This document shows positions 28,891 through 39,008 of a stretch of DNA of 64,000 bases, one piece after another. The translations under genes were made by a program, and so were the position numbers. Where the stretch lies: NCBI GenBank assembly GCA_009840385.1, contig VXNX01000013.1, positions 198,222 through 262,221 on the forward strand. The letters are read 5' to 3'. Source of the DNA: Candidatus Dadabacteria bacterium (lineage in GTDB: Bacteria > Desulfobacterota_D > UBA1144 > Nemesobacterales > Nemesobacteraceae). Numbering within the stretch: position 1 is the first letter of the stretch; every line of letters begins with the position of its first letter. A model generated the notes under the pieces. It made no database searches. It saw only the letters and a program-made list of their open reading frames with translations, and was not told where the DNA came from.

Positions 28891-30336
28891 TTACTTTCCG
28901 GTCCGCCGCAATGCTTCTTCCTCGACCCCAGTAACGGAGTAGCAGAGTTCGCCCTGAACCTTCTCGCGCCTTACCTCGAGATAATCACTTGCGCTTTCGC
29001 GGAAATCCGTGGTAACAAATATGCTCCAGGCCCTAGCCCCATCGCAAAGAGTCTTGGCTTCATCCACAAAGGGCTTTGCTTGCGTGAAGACGTCCGATTC
29101 CTCCGGCACCGCTAGATCAGCCGAGGCAACGCCCATTTTAAGCTTTAGATCCGACCGGCCTGGTATTCTCTGCCCATTGACAACGCCGGCGAAAAGCTGC
29201 ATTGTCTCAACTGCGCAGCATACGCAGCTGAGTTCCGCCGCGGGACCTGCATCGGGGTCGGAGTTTGTGAAAAAGGCTACAACCTCATCGCGGAGTATGG
29301 CTTCTACTTTCCCCCCGAAGGCACTTATGCTGGTTGAAACGGATTTTCTGTAATCAGCCGTAAGGGAGTTGACGCTAGACGGCGAAATATCTTCAATCAG
29401 GTTCTCAAAATCCGCAATCTTTATGACGAGGACGCTGATATCCGTTTTCTCTCCCTCGGAATCTTCAGAGACGGCAACAGGAGAAGATGGCTCTTCAGGT
29501 TCCGTATCCTCTTCGTCAGAAACATGGACGATTTCCACAACACCATCGTCAAAGAAATCTTCCGAGGTCTCGGGCGGAGCCTGAAACGAAACTTCGGGCG
29601 GAATCTCGGACGGTTTTTCCTGGCTTAGGATTATTTTCGGGCGAAAATCCGCCTGCATCTCAACGGAACCTTCAGCGTCCAGATCTTCTGACTCTCCAAG
29701 ACCTCCACGTACGGCCGAATCGCCCTCGAGTGAAGAGGTCATTTCGTTAAATTCGCGGCAGAGCCGCTGAACCCCGGCTCCCGCAATAAGCGAAGATCGC
29801 CCGTCTAGACGAACCGAGTAATCTCCACTGGCAACGGAACTCAGAGCGTCTGAGAATTCCCTCAAGAACCTAAATGCCCGATCGCTTACAAAACGTATCA
29901 AGGAGGTAAAGACAACCGCCAGCAGGGAACCGAAGATCAGGCTCCAGAGCAGGGCGTCAAAGGAGAATTTCTTGCCGATGGAGCTTCTCAGTCCCACAAG
30001 TACGGTTTTTCCCTCAGGTCCCCTGAGCGTGAGCTTTTGAAAACCCTCGTCATCCTGAAAGCCGAAGCTTTTCTCAAGCACCCCGTTATGGTCAAGTAGT
30101 CTTACGTACCCTACATCGTTTCTGGTATCGAGGACGCTCCTCGCGCGGTCGGCGAAAAACTCCTCCTCGCCGAACACTTCTTCCATCTCAGCAACCCTGA
30201 GATCGGCGTATCTCTCCGGAAAATAGAAATACTGGAATACGAAGACCGCCAAGCACGAGAGTATGAGACAGAAAAGAAATACGGGGAAAAATGGAACGAG
30301 ATTGAAAGATTTTTTCCGGTTTTTCAAAGGACTCAA
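28891..30336 (-). CDS. Membrane-anchored HAMP-domain protein with a class III nucleotidyl-cyclase-like C-terminal domain (possibly degenerate)
   Basis: N-terminal TM. HAMP-like segment SDALSSVASGDYSVRL. Acidic linker SDEEDTEPEE. Cyclase-like ISVLVIKIADFENL … GGKVEAILRDEVVAFF … LKMGVASADL. Confidence 0.45.
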   Translation of the reverse strand: MSPLKNRKKSFNLVPFFPVFLFCLILSCLAVFVFQYFYFPERYADLRVAEMEEVFGEEEFFADRARSVLDTRNDVGYVRLLDHNGVLEKSFGFQDDEGFQKLTLRGPEGKTVLVGLRSSIGKKFSFDALLWSLIFGSLLAVVFTSLIRFVSDRAFRFLREFSDALSSVASGDYSVRLDGRSSLIAGAGVQRLCREFNEMTSSLEGDSAVRGGLGESEDLDAEGSVEMQADFRPKIILSQEKPSEIPPEVSFQAPPETSEDFFDDGVVEIVHVSDEEDTEPEEPSSPVAVSEDSEGEKTDISVLVIKIADFENLIEDISPSSVNSLTADYRKSVSTSISAFGGKVEAILRDEVVAFFTNSDPDAGPAAELSCVCCAVETMQLFAGVVNGQRIPGRSDLKLKMGVASADLAVPEESDVFTQAKPFVDEAKTLCDGARAWSIFVTTDFRESASDYLEVRREKVQGELCYSVTGVEEEALRRTGK

Positions 30337-30440
30337 GATAAATTTCCGTTTAACTTATCCAGAAAAACAACATGCCGGTAAAAGTGTTGCAGTAATTATA
30401 ATAGGAGAAAAACAAAAAAACTAGTTTTGCGGGGAATCGC

Positions 30441-30695
30441 TCAGGCGGGGACTACGGAAACCTTGGTTCTGCCTTTTCCGGATTTCTGGAATTTCACAAC
30501 TCCGTCAGCCATCGCGAATATCGTGTAATCCTTTCCAAGCCCCACGTTCAAACCGGGCTTGATGCTGGTACCACGCTGCCTTACTATTATGTTCCCCTTG
30601 ACAACCGGCTGGCCTCCGAATTTTTTTACGCCAAGCCTTCTGCCTATGGAATCCCTTCCGTTTTTGGAACTTCCGCCACCTTTTTTGGTTGACAT
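30441..30695 (-). CDS. rpmA: 50S ribosomal protein L27
   Basis: [11 protein letters not shown]…RQRGT motif, 84 aa. Confidence 0.95.
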   Translation of the reverse strand: MSTKKGGGSSKNGRDSIGRRLGVKKFGGQPVVKGNIIVRQRGTSIKPGLNVGLGKDYTIFAMADGVVKFQKSGKGRTKVSVVPA

Positions 30696-30714
30696 TCTTA
30701 TCCGCCTCCGCGAA

Positions 30715-31029
30715 TCAAGCGCTTATGCCTGTAATCTCAACGCTGGTCAGGTTCTGGCGATGGCCCGCCTTCTTCCTGTACCCCTTCCTTCTTTTGAACT
30801 TGAAAACTACTATTTTCTCGCCCTTTTTCTGCCTTACTATTTTACCCTCAACTCTGGCACTTTCAACAAGAGGGCTGCCGACTTTAACTTCCTCTCCGTC
30901 AGCGGACACGAGTAGGACTTCCTCAAAATTAACCTCTTCGCCTGGTTCGCCGGAAATTTTCTCTATATCAATAATGTCACCCGGCTTGACTATGTACTGC
31001 TTTCCGCCGGTTTTTATAACAGCGTGCAT
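30715..31029 (-). CDS. rplU: 50S ribosomal protein L21
   Basis: [12 protein letters not shown]…, 104 aa, immediately upstream of rpmA. Confidence 0.95.
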   Translation of the reverse strand: MHAVIKTGGKQYIVKPGDIIDIEKISGEPGEEVNFEEVLLVSADGEEVKVGSPLVESARVEGKIVRQKKGEKIVVFKFKRRKGYRKKAGHRQNLTSVEITGISA

Positions 31030-31083
31030 AAGATCCTCCGCACTTTATGGAAGCACTATTTTGCCTGTTATAAAATTCTTTTG

Positions 31084-31635
31084 TCAAATACCACCCTGAA
31101 AATCCCATGTCTTAAGGCTGGTGTAACGGGACCCCTGAGGTCCGAGTTCGCTTCGTACAAGCCCGATCCTAGTAATGGAAAACTCCGTTGCGTCCACTGG
31201 AGGAATCTTTCTGATTCCCCGAAAATCTCCCTTGATCCTGCCTATGGTCACGTGAGGGGTGAACTTTCTTTTTTCCCTCTCGAACCCGTTTTGCAAGACC
31301 GCTTGCTGCACTCCGTCAAAAAGAGCTTGGAACCGCTCGCTTCTCACAAGGCACAAGGCCAGCACTCTAGGATTTCTCGGGCCTGGAAACAGACGGAGAC
31401 CGTCAAACCCCGACTCGACGCATCCAGAACCGCTAACCGCGGAACCGATATCCGTTGATATTCCCACAAGACGCGATTCTTCCACATCGCCCAGGAATCT
31501 AAGGGTTACGTGAAATTTCTCCTTGGGCTCCCACCTTACTCCTCGGACAAGATCCCGAAACGAATTCACGTAGCGAAAAAGCGCGTCTTTTGTTTCCTCG
31601 GGAAGAAAAGCCGCGATAAAAAGTCTCAAGAGCAA
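31084..31635 (-). CDS. thpR: RNA 2',3'-cyclic phosphodiesterase (2H family, LigT/ThpR)
   Basis: Two H-x-T-x motifs (HVTLRFLG and HVTIGR). Confidence 0.85.
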   Translation of the reverse strand: MLLRLFIAAFLPEETKDALFRYVNSFRDLVRGVRWEPKEKFHVTLRFLGDVEESRLVGISTDIGSAVSGSGCVESGFDGLRLFPGPRNPRVLALCLVRSERFQALFDGVQQAVLQNGFEREKRKFTPHVTIGRIKGDFRGIRKIPPVDATEFSITRIGLVRSELGPQGSRYTSLKTWDFQGGI

Positions 31636-31650
31636 GGTCCTCCCCGCCCG

Positions 31651-32916
31651 CTATTTCACGCACCAGGTGGAAAACGAATCGTTTTCGCCGCGGGAAAGCG
31701 GACGCTTGTTCTCTCCGTTTAAATACATAATATGTATCTGTCTCTTCCCCAGTCTCTTTGAGGAAAAAGTGATGTAGTGGCCGTCGGGAGACCAGGAGGG
31801 ATGCTCGTTTCTCCCAGAAGAGGTAAGCCTCTGTTCCCCCCGGCCGTCAGGTCCTATGGCGTGGATATCGGCCTTGGATTTTCTTACTTTGACAAACGCT
31901 ATACGGTTAACCGAAGCATTCGGAGACCATACGGGATCGGTGTTATAGCCGCTCGAGGTAATTCTTACGGCACGGCCTCCCTGCGAACTTATCACGTATA
32001 TGTTCGGAGTCCCTGCCCGATCCGACACAAAAGCAATCTTTCCGCCGTCGGGAGACCAAGTGGGCGAGAGATCTATGGCGGGAGAGCTGGTAAGCCGCTT
32101 CAGTATTTCTCCTGAAGACGAAGCTATGTATATGTCTCCGTTACGGCTAAACGCCACGCGAGTGCCGTCAGGAGACCAGCGCGGAGAATTGTCAAGATGG
32201 ATGCCTCGGGTTATTCTCTGGCCCTCAGCGGGAAGACGGGTGGCCTTGAAGTTAAGAAGATAGACGTCATGGTCCCAGCTTCTGTCGGAAGTAAAAACCA
32301 GACTGTTTCCGTCGCGTGAACAGTCAGGAGAGAGAACCGAAGATCCGTGGTTGGTCAGTCTTTTCCTGTTGTGTCCGTCGTAATCCATTATGAAGAGATC
32401 CTTTCCCTGCCCCCTTCCGCTGACAAACACGATCTCGGATTCAAAAAACCCCTCAAGACCCGTAAGTTCCTTCATAAGCTCGCCTGCAAACCTGTGCACC
32501 ACGTTTCTTATGTGGCGCGGAGACGTCGCGTATCTTCTTCTCATGCGCTCCCGCATTGAGGGCACGTCATAAACTATGAGTTCGTAGAGGACCTCCCGGG
32601 ACGAAACATCGAAATTTCCGCTCACCAAGTACTTGGTTTTCTGCGCAGCTAAATACTCGAAATCTATGTCTTCAAAAGAGGAGGAAAACAGTATGTTCAC
32701 CGTGCGGACGTCGAAAAGCGCGGCGTTTGTAAGATCATTTTTGAGGACATCGGTAAAATTTTTCCCGTAAGTGCTTAACTCCCCTTTAGCTTTAAGCACG
32801 GCAACAGCAAGGGGAATTTTTTTTATCGGAGAGGCCACCGGCGGGAGCAGTATCTGCGCGGTCGCAAGGCAGGGCAAAAACAAGAGAGTAAGGAAAACCG
32901 CAAGCGCTGATCTCAT
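31651..32916 (-). CDS. tolB: Tol-Pal system beta-propeller protein TolB
   Basis: Signal peptide MRSALAVFLTLLFLPCLATAQ. Repeated WSPDG and SxxR…GxxxIYV beta-propeller blades. Confidence 0.85.
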   Translation of the reverse strand: MRSALAVFLTLLFLPCLATAQILLPPVASPIKKIPLAVAVLKAKGELSTYGKNFTDVLKNDLTNAALFDVRTVNILFSSSFEDIDFEYLAAQKTKYLVSGNFDVSSREVLYELIVYDVPSMRERMRRRYATSPRHIRNVVHRFAGELMKELTGLEGFFESEIVFVSGRGQGKDLFIMDYDGHNRKRLTNHGSSVLSPDCSRDGNSLVFTSDRSWDHDVYLLNFKATRLPAEGQRITRGIHLDNSPRWSPDGTRVAFSRNGDIYIASSSGEILKRLTSSPAIDLSPTWSPDGGKIAFVSDRAGTPNIYVISSQGGRAVRITSSGYNTDPVWSPNASVNRIAFVKVRKSKADIHAIGPDGRGEQRLTSSGRNEHPSWSPDGHYITFSSKRLGKRQIHIMYLNGENKRPLSRGENDSFSTWCVK

Positions 32917-32992
32917 TTTTTTCTCTTTCCAAGCCCCGAGGCTGAAGACTAGGTAACGGTCCCGCAGCGAAAATATATCCTGAGATAAACCT

Positions 32993-33589
32993 TCAGTCAC
33001 TCAGTTCAACATTCCAGTAGGACATATCGACAAAGCTCAGGAAAGGCTCCCACTCCTCATACCTCACGGTCCTGAAATGGAGGTTGGAAAAAATACTAGC
33101 AGCGGGCTTTACGGGTTTGGTAAGCAGTTTCATGTTCGCCTGCTCGGGAGTCTTTCCTCCCTTTTTCCTGTTGCACTTAACGCAACAGCAAACCACATTG
33201 TCCCAAGTGCTTCTTCCACCCATAGACCTCGGAACAACATGGTCAATGGTAAGGTCGCTTTTCGAAAAACCCTTCGCGCAGTACTGGCATTTATCCCCGT
33301 CCCTTCTGAAGATGTTTATTCTGTTGAACTTAGGCTGTTTTCTGTGATACCCATCGTACCTCACGAGAATTATCACCCTAGGAACCTTTATGACGCTGGT
33401 AACGGTCCTTACGCAGTCGTCGGCATCGACCGAACGGATATCCTTCCACGAATCGAAATCAAACGTCTCGTACTCCCTGTTTACAGCCTTCGCGGCCCCG
33501 CCGTAAAGAAGAATAAAAGCTCTTTTCAGGCTGGTTACCGAAACAGGGATGAAAAACCTGTTTAAAACCAGTACCGGTGACTGAAGCAT
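32993..33589 (-). CDS. HNH endonuclease family protein
   Basis: DHVVPRSMGG…WDNVVCCCVKCNRKKG HNH/Zn motif. N-terminal VLVLNRFFIPVSV is typical of the widespread small HNH family. Confidence 0.8.
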   Translation of the reverse strand: MLQSPVLVLNRFFIPVSVTSLKRAFILLYGGAAKAVNREYETFDFDSWKDIRSVDADDCVRTVTSVIKVPRVIILVRYDGYHRKQPKFNRINIFRRDGDKCQYCAKGFSKSDLTIDHVVPRSMGGRSTWDNVVCCCVKCNRKKGGKTPEQANMKLLTKPVKPAASIFSNLHFRTVRYEEWEPFLSFVDMSYWNVELSD

Positions 33590-33774
33590 ATTAGCCGACT
33601 AATTTACCGGCTTGGTAAGGTTATTCAAGAACGGTCCGGCACTTTTATTTTCCTTAACTGTTGGTTAAAATTCCCATCGCCCAGCCAAAATGCAATCACG
33701 ACTGCATCCCGTTCGTCTTTACTAAGCAAGCATGCACTTTGAGGAGAATGTTCAAGAGGAAGTCCCTTAACATG

Positions 33775-33900
33775 GAAATGAAAACCAACCTGCTGATCCA
33801 GATAATCCTCTGCATAGCACTTTTTCTGTCCATATTTCTTCTCGTAAGGTCAAACTCCGAAGCGGAAAAAGAACTGGAATCTAGAAAAGATAAAGAATAG
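33775..33900 (+). CDS. Putative small single-pass membrane protein (41 aa) immediately upstream of lgt
   Basis: MEMKTNLLIQIILCIALFLSIFLLVRSNSEAEKELESRKDKE. Its stop TAG abuts the lgt ATG. Confidence 0.3.
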   Translation, partial: EMKTNLLIQIILCIALFLSIFLLVRSNSEAEKELESRKDKE

Positions 33901-34659
33901 ATGTTTCCCGAGCTTCTCAGAATAGGCGATTTTCATATTACATCCTTCGGGGCGATGGTCGCCGTCTCTTTTCTTGTCGCTTTCTGGGTTTCCGGGATGG
34001 AATTTGAGAGGAAAGGAATATCCAGACGACTTCATGAACACATTTTTCTCGCCTCTATCCTTGGAGGCATATTGGGTGCCAAGTTCCTTTTCCTGATCGA
34101 GAATGTTCCCTTAAGCGATCTTCTTTCCTACCCCAAGCATTATCTGCTTCTACGGGGTGGCCTTACTTTCTACGGGGGGCTTTTTTTGGCTCTCTTTGCA
34201 GCTTTCGTAGTAACAAAAAAGCACAAGGAAAGCTTCTGGAAGGTTCTTGACGCCACCGCCCCGGCGCTCGCAATAGCCTACGCGACGGGAAGGGTCGGCT
34301 GTCTTCTAGTTGGAGACGATTACGGAATCCCCTCCACACTTCCCTGGGCTATGCCGTTTCCTAAGGGTTCCCCCCCAACACTTGAAGCGGTTCATCCGAC
34401 TCAGATTTATGAAACGATAGTAATGTCGCTTGTGTTCGTAGCGCTGTGGAAAATTAGGAAGAAAGAAAGACCCATCGGGTGGCTTGCGAGCATATACCTT
34501 GTGCTCGCAGGTCTTGAAAGATTCTCAGTCGAGTTCATAAGAAATACCACTGAGAGCCCTATATCCGGCTTGTCGGTAGCGCAAATAATGGCATTTTTTC
34601 TGATTCTTATCGGAGTGCTTAAATATATGTCCATTCGCAAACGCGGTGAGTCATCTTGA
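33901..34659 (+). CDS. lgt: Prolipoprotein diacylglyceryl transferase
   Basis: ATGRVGCLLVGDDYG signature, multi-TM, 252 aa. Confidence 0.92.
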   Translation: MFPELLRIGDFHITSFGAMVAVSFLVAFWVSGMEFERKGISRRLHEHIFLASILGGILGAKFLFLIENVPLSDLLSYPKHYLLLRGGLTFYGGLFLALFAAFVVTKKHKESFWKVLDATAPALAIAYATGRVGCLLVGDDYGIPSTLPWAMPFPKGSPPTLEAVHPTQIYETIVMSLVFVALWKIRKKERPIGWLASIYLVLAGLERFSVEFIRNTTESPISGLSVAQIMAFFLILIGVLKYMSIRKRGESS

Positions 34660-34681
34660 ACTCGTAATTTCGCCGCTACAC

Positions 34682-36265
34682 ATGAGAAGAATCCGGATAA
34701 CCAAGCCGACCGGGAGCCAGATCTTGGCCGCCGGGTCGGGAATACTTTTTTCCGTATCCCTTTTTTCAAGCGCGTTAGGCATACTGGGCTGGATATGCTT
34801 TGTCCCGCTGCTCGTGGCACTTCAGGGAAAAAGTGCCTCTCGGTCCCTCCGACTGGGCATGATATCCGGGACATCCATGAATCTCGTCTCGCTCTACTGG
34901 CTTGTAGGAACCCTGACCAGATTCGGGGAAATACCTCTGCTCGCGAGCATCGCGGCCGTATTTATTTTCTGCGTCTACTCATCGCTTCAGTTCGGAATTT
35001 TCACCTGGTATATCTCAAGACTTGGACTCTGCCGTGGGAAAAGCGTCGCAAACGCACTTATGATCTCCTTTGCATGGGTGGTTGCGGAATTTTTCTTCCC
35101 GGTTCTTTTCCCCTACGGAATAGGAGTCTCCCAAAGCTACTATCCGACGGTAATACAAGTGGTTGATACGCTTGGGGTGAACTTTCTCGGGTTTTTGATG
35201 TTTTTTGCAAACGTATCAGTTTTCTACCTCTTAGACGATATGCAGCAAAGAAGAAAACCGGTGTTCGCTCCCCCGGTAATCTCGATCGCCGTAATTGCAA
35301 TTGTGCTCGGCTACGGAACTTTCAGAATAGACGAAATAGAGGAGCTTCTTGAGACAGAACCCCGGGTGGAAATCGCAATGGTTCAGGCAAATTTTGATTA
35401 CGCGGAAAAAAACCTCGACAACGAGCCGATTATAACGGAAAAACACAGGGAGATGTCGCGGGAGTTCACGGAGGTGGATATTGTGATCTGGCCGGAAACA
35501 TCGGTTCAGCACTGGTTCCCCAAAGAAGAGTCTGTGTACAGAATAGATTACCAAAGAAATGTAGTGCCGACGGGACACACAGCACACTTCCTTATAGGGG
35601 GACTCTCCTTTATCCAAGACCCTGCCCTCCTCGAAGACGGCTGGGACGAGGAGGATCACAGAAAATACAACACGGCTTTTTTAGTTGATCCCCAAAGCAA
35701 TATCCTTGGGCAATACAGCAAGACCCGGCTTTTTCTACTGGGCGAATATTTCCCCTGGATAAATGAGGAACTAAAGTTCTTGAAAAGGGTCTTTCCTATG
35801 ATCGGTGATCTCACCCCTGGAGAGGGGCCCAAGGTGCTTGAGGTTCCCGGAAAGAACTTAAGAATAGGACCCCTTATATGTTATGAGGACATAATGGCCG
35901 AACTCTCGAGAAACTACGTGAAAACGGGAGCCAACCTGCTCGTGAATCTTACAAACGATGCGTGGTTCGGAAGGAGCGTAGCTCCCCACCAGCACTTGCT
36001 TCTTTCAATTCCAAGGGCGGTTGAAACACGCCGCTACCTAGTGAGATCAACAAACAGCGGTATAAGCGCGATAGTATCTCCGACCGGGGAGATCGAGGCC
36101 CGCACGGATATATTCACCACGGAGAATCTGAAGGGAGAAGTGGTTCTGATCGATTCGCTTGAAACTCTCTACACGAGGGTGGGGGATATATTCGCGTGGG
36201 TAGCATTGGCCATGACCGCGCTTTTCGCCGCGAAGAAATACCTAGGAAGAAAATATGCTGACTAG
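34682..36265 (+). CDS. lnt: Apolipoprotein N-acyltransferase
   Basis: N-terminal TM bundle plus a C-terminal CN-hydrolase domain (VIWPETS, LICYEDIM). ATG at 34682; the ORF extends to a GTG at 34646. Confidence 0.9.
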   Translation: MRRIRITKPTGSQILAAGSGILFSVSLFSSALGILGWICFVPLLVALQGKSASRSLRLGMISGTSMNLVSLYWLVGTLTRFGEIPLLASIAAVFIFCVYSSLQFGIFTWYISRLGLCRGKSVANALMISFAWVVAEFFFPVLFPYGIGVSQSYYPTVIQVVDTLGVNFLGFLMFFANVSVFYLLDDMQQRRKPVFAPPVISIAVIAIVLGYGTFRIDEIEELLETEPRVEIAMVQANFDYAEKNLDNEPIITEKHREMSREFTEVDIVIWPETSVQHWFPKEESVYRIDYQRNVVPTGHTAHFLIGGLSFIQDPALLEDGWDEEDHRKYNTAFLVDPQSNILGQYSKTRLFLLGEYFPWINEELKFLKRVFPMIGDLTPGEGPKVLEVPGKNLRIGPLICYEDIMAELSRNYVKTGANLLVNLTNDAWFGRSVAPHQHLLLSIPRAVETRRYLVRSTNSGISAIVSPTGEIEARTDIFTTENLKGEVVLIDSLETLYTRVGDIFAWVALAMTALFAAKKYLGRKYAD

Positions 36266-37321
36266 GGCCCTGATGAGACTGTCGTTTTCCTCTCTGGTTC
36301 CGACCGTGATCCTGAGACAGTCGGCAAGCCTCCCCCCCTCTCCAAAGCAACGGACTAGAATGTCGTTTTTAACAAGCTCTGTGAAAAGAAAATCCGCGTC
36401 CGGAACCTTGATCAGAAAGAAATTTGCATCGGTCGGATAGACCAAAATGGCGTCAATCTGCTCGAGCGCGTCGCGAAGTCTTTCTCTTTCGCTCAATATA
36501 AGGTCTATCTTCCGTTCGATAACCTCGGGATTCTCAAGCGCAAAGGACATTACAAGCTGGCTAAGAGAATTTATGTTGTAGGGAAGACGCGCCTTGTTTA
36601 CCTCGCCCACGATCTGCGGCCGCGCAAAGAGCATTCCCAGTCTGGCCCCCGCAAATCCTATTTTGGACATTGTTCTCAGTACCAGCAGATTCTCATATTT
36701 CTTTATATGGGGAATATAGCTTTTTTTCGAAAAATCGCAGTAGGCCTCGTCGACAACCACCGCGCCCGCGCTTGCCTCCAAGATCTCAAGCACTTTTTCC
36801 TCTGAAAAAGAGTTCCCCGTAGGGTTATTCGGAGTCGCTAGAAAAACGATGTCAGGATCCTCCGCGCGGATCATCTCCAGAGTCGGCTCGAGGTCTATAT
36901 CAAAGTTCTCATCAAGCGCAACCTCCGTTACCCGTTTGCCCAAGACAAGCGAGGTGATTCTGTACATCGAAAAAGTCGGAGACGGTACGAGCACGCGACC
37001 GCTTTTGCCTCCGAATACCTCGACGATCATCTGGATGATCTCGTCTGAACCGTTTCCAAGCGATATACCGTCTGTGGGAAAGTCCAAAGTGCGGGAAAGA
37101 GACGTTCTCACGCCTAGAGCCTCAGGATCCGGATAACGGTTCACGGGAAGTTCCGCCAGCCGCTCGGAGAGCAGAATCTTCTCCTCACCCTCGAGGTCAT
37201 AGGGACTTTCGTTCCCGTCAAGCTTCACCGAGCACTCCACCCTCGGCACAGAGTAAGGAGATATTGACCTTACGTTCTCAGGAATCCTGCTTTTAATTGA
37301 ACTTGAGTCAGACACCTGCAT
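36242..37321 (-). CDS. hisC: Histidinol-phosphate aminotransferase
   Basis: PLP-lysine motif LVLRTMSKIGFAGARLG, 359 aa. Confidence 0.92.
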   Translation of the reverse strand: MQVSDSSSIKSRIPENVRSISPYSVPRVECSVKLDGNESPYDLEGEEKILLSERLAELPVNRYPDPEALGVRTSLSRTLDFPTDGISLGNGSDEIIQMIVEVFGGKSGRVLVPSPTFSMYRITSLVLGKRVTEVALDENFDIDLEPTLEMIRAEDPDIVFLATPNNPTGNSFSEEKVLEILEASAGAVVVDEAYCDFSKKSYIPHIKKYENLLVLRTMSKIGFAGARLGMLFARPQIVGEVNKARLPYNINSLSQLVMSFALENPEVIERKIDLILSERERLRDALEQIDAILVYPTDANFFLIKVPDADFLFTELVKNDILVRCFGEGGRLADCLRITVGTREENDSLIRALVSIFSS

Positions 37322-37352
37322 CTCCTGGTTTGGGTCGTAGTATGAACATTAC

Positions 37353-38645
37353 TCAGGAATTCTCAATACGTCTTTTTACCGAAAACGCGTGGCCCGAAAG
37401 CCCCTCGGCGTGGGCAAGGTTCATAACGGCCCCACCGAGAGACGAAAAACCTTTTCTCGACATCGATATGGTGCTCGGCATTCTCAGAAAATCATAAACG
37501 CTCAGGGGAGAGGAAAACCTCGCCGCTCCTCCCGTGGGAAGCACGTGGCTCGGACCCGATACGTAATCGCCGAAGGGCTCGGTGGAAAGAGACCCCAAAA
37601 ACACCGCTCCTGCGTGCTTTATGCCTTTCAGAAGAGATTTAGGGGCACGCACGCAGAGTTCAAGATGCTCGGGGGCAACCGCGTTTGAAAGCGCCACCGC
37701 CTGCTCCATATCCTCGGTCACGTAGATTCTTCCGTTGTTCGAGACCGCGGCGCCCGCAATCTCCTTTCTGTCAAGTTCCTCCAGCTGCAAAAGCAGTTCC
37801 TTTTTTACTTCCTTAGCGTAATCGTGGCTTGTGGTAGCAAGAATCGGGATTGACATCTCGTCATGCTCGGCTTGGGCAAGCAGATCCGAGGCCACCCATT
37901 TTGCCGGACACGAACCGTCGGCGATAATCAAAACCTCGGTCGGACCCGCCAGCATGTCAATATCACAGAAACCGTAAACCAGTTTTTTAGCTATCGTAAC
38001 GTAGATGTTCCCAGGACCCACTACCTTATCCACCTTGGGGATGCTCCTAGTCCCAAATGCTATGGCCGCTATTGCATGCGCCCCACCTATTTTGTAGACA
38101 TTGCTCACCCCGGCAATTTCGCATGCCACAAGAACCTCGGGATTCACTCGTTCCCCAGAACACGGCGTGACAACACTTATTTCGCTTGCTCCCGCGACTC
38201 GCGCCGGTATGGCGGTCATAAGCACGGTTGAAGGATATGAGGCCTTTCCGCCGGGAACATATATTCCCACCTTCTCGATAGGTCTTATCAGCCAGCCGAG
38301 TTCGTTTCCGAGAGTGTCCTTGTAGGTTTTGGGCTTCGGAAGCTTTTTTCTCTGGTAGGAACGAATCCGCGAGGCTGCCTTTTTAAGGTCTCTTACAATG
38401 CCCGGCGCAACAGCCCTTGCGGCCTCTTTGAACTCGCGGTCGGAAACCCTCACGTTTTTTGCGTTTACCCGAGCCCGGTCAAATTTTTTCGCGTAGCGGA
38501 AAAGAGCAGAGTCTCCATGCTTGCGGACATCCTCTACAATCCTCTCCGTCTGCGAGACAAGCTCCGGGTCAAAATGGGAAGCTGATTTTTCTATCTCTCT
38601 GGATCTTCTTTCCAGGTTCTTTGAATTGATCCTTATAAGTTTCAT
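37353..38645 (-). CDS. hisD: Histidinol dehydrogenase
   Basis: 430 aa with HisD-family motifs (…QAEHD…, …GDYVSGPSHVLPT…). Confidence 0.95.
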   Translation of the reverse strand: MKLIRINSKNLERRSREIEKSASHFDPELVSQTERIVEDVRKHGDSALFRYAKKFDRARVNAKNVRVSDREFKEAARAVAPGIVRDLKKAASRIRSYQRKKLPKPKTYKDTLGNELGWLIRPIEKVGIYVPGGKASYPSTVLMTAIPARVAGASEISVVTPCSGERVNPEVLVACEIAGVSNVYKIGGAHAIAAIAFGTRSIPKVDKVVGPGNIYVTIAKKLVYGFCDIDMLAGPTEVLIIADGSCPAKWVASDLLAQAEHDEMSIPILATTSHDYAKEVKKELLLQLEELDRKEIAGAAVSNNGRIYVTEDMEQAVALSNAVAPEHLELCVRAPKSLLKGIKHAGAVFLGSLSTEPFGDYVSGPSHVLPTGGAARFSSPLSVYDFLRMPSTISMSRKGFSSLGGAVMNLAHAEGLSGHAFSVKRRIENS

Positions 38646-38713
38646 GGCAGTAACCGCATTTTTCCCTTAAAAAACCGGGACTGAATTTATCCCGTTTGCT
38701 AAGATGCGCGAAC

Positions 38714-39007
38714 TCAGTTCCCCGAATCGATTCCTTCTCCAAAGCCGCTTTCAATCAAACGGGAGACTTCCTCCATGGCAAGCTCCGAATCTTCTCCCTC
38801 TATGGTAACGGCAACTTCCGTACCGCAGATGGCGGCAAGGGACAAAACGCCCAGTATGCTCTTTCCGTCTATCTCGAAGCTATCCTTCCTTATCATTATA
38901 CTGGAACTGAACCTGCTGGTCAGGGCAACCAGAACTGCGGCCGCTCTGGCATGAAGACCCAACTGGTTTTTTATTACGAAGTTTCTCTCAAGCGGTTTTT
39001 GCGACAA
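38714..39007 (-). CDS. ptsH: Phosphocarrier protein HPr
   Basis: GLHARAAAVLV (His15 site) and GKSILGVLSL (Ser46 region), 97 aa. Confidence 0.9.
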   Translation of the reverse strand: MSQKPLERNFVIKNQLGLHARAAAVLVALTSRFSSSIMIRKDSFEIDGKSILGVLSLAAICGTEVAVTIEGEDSELAMEEVSRLIESGFGEGIDSGN

Positions 39008-39008
39008 T

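Noticed and set aside
32993-33589. HNH endonuclease considered as part of a restriction-modification or defence locus
   Set aside because: No methyltransferase, ATPase or specificity gene is adjacent. This small HNH family is widespread as a solitary gene, and the flanks are tolB and lgt.
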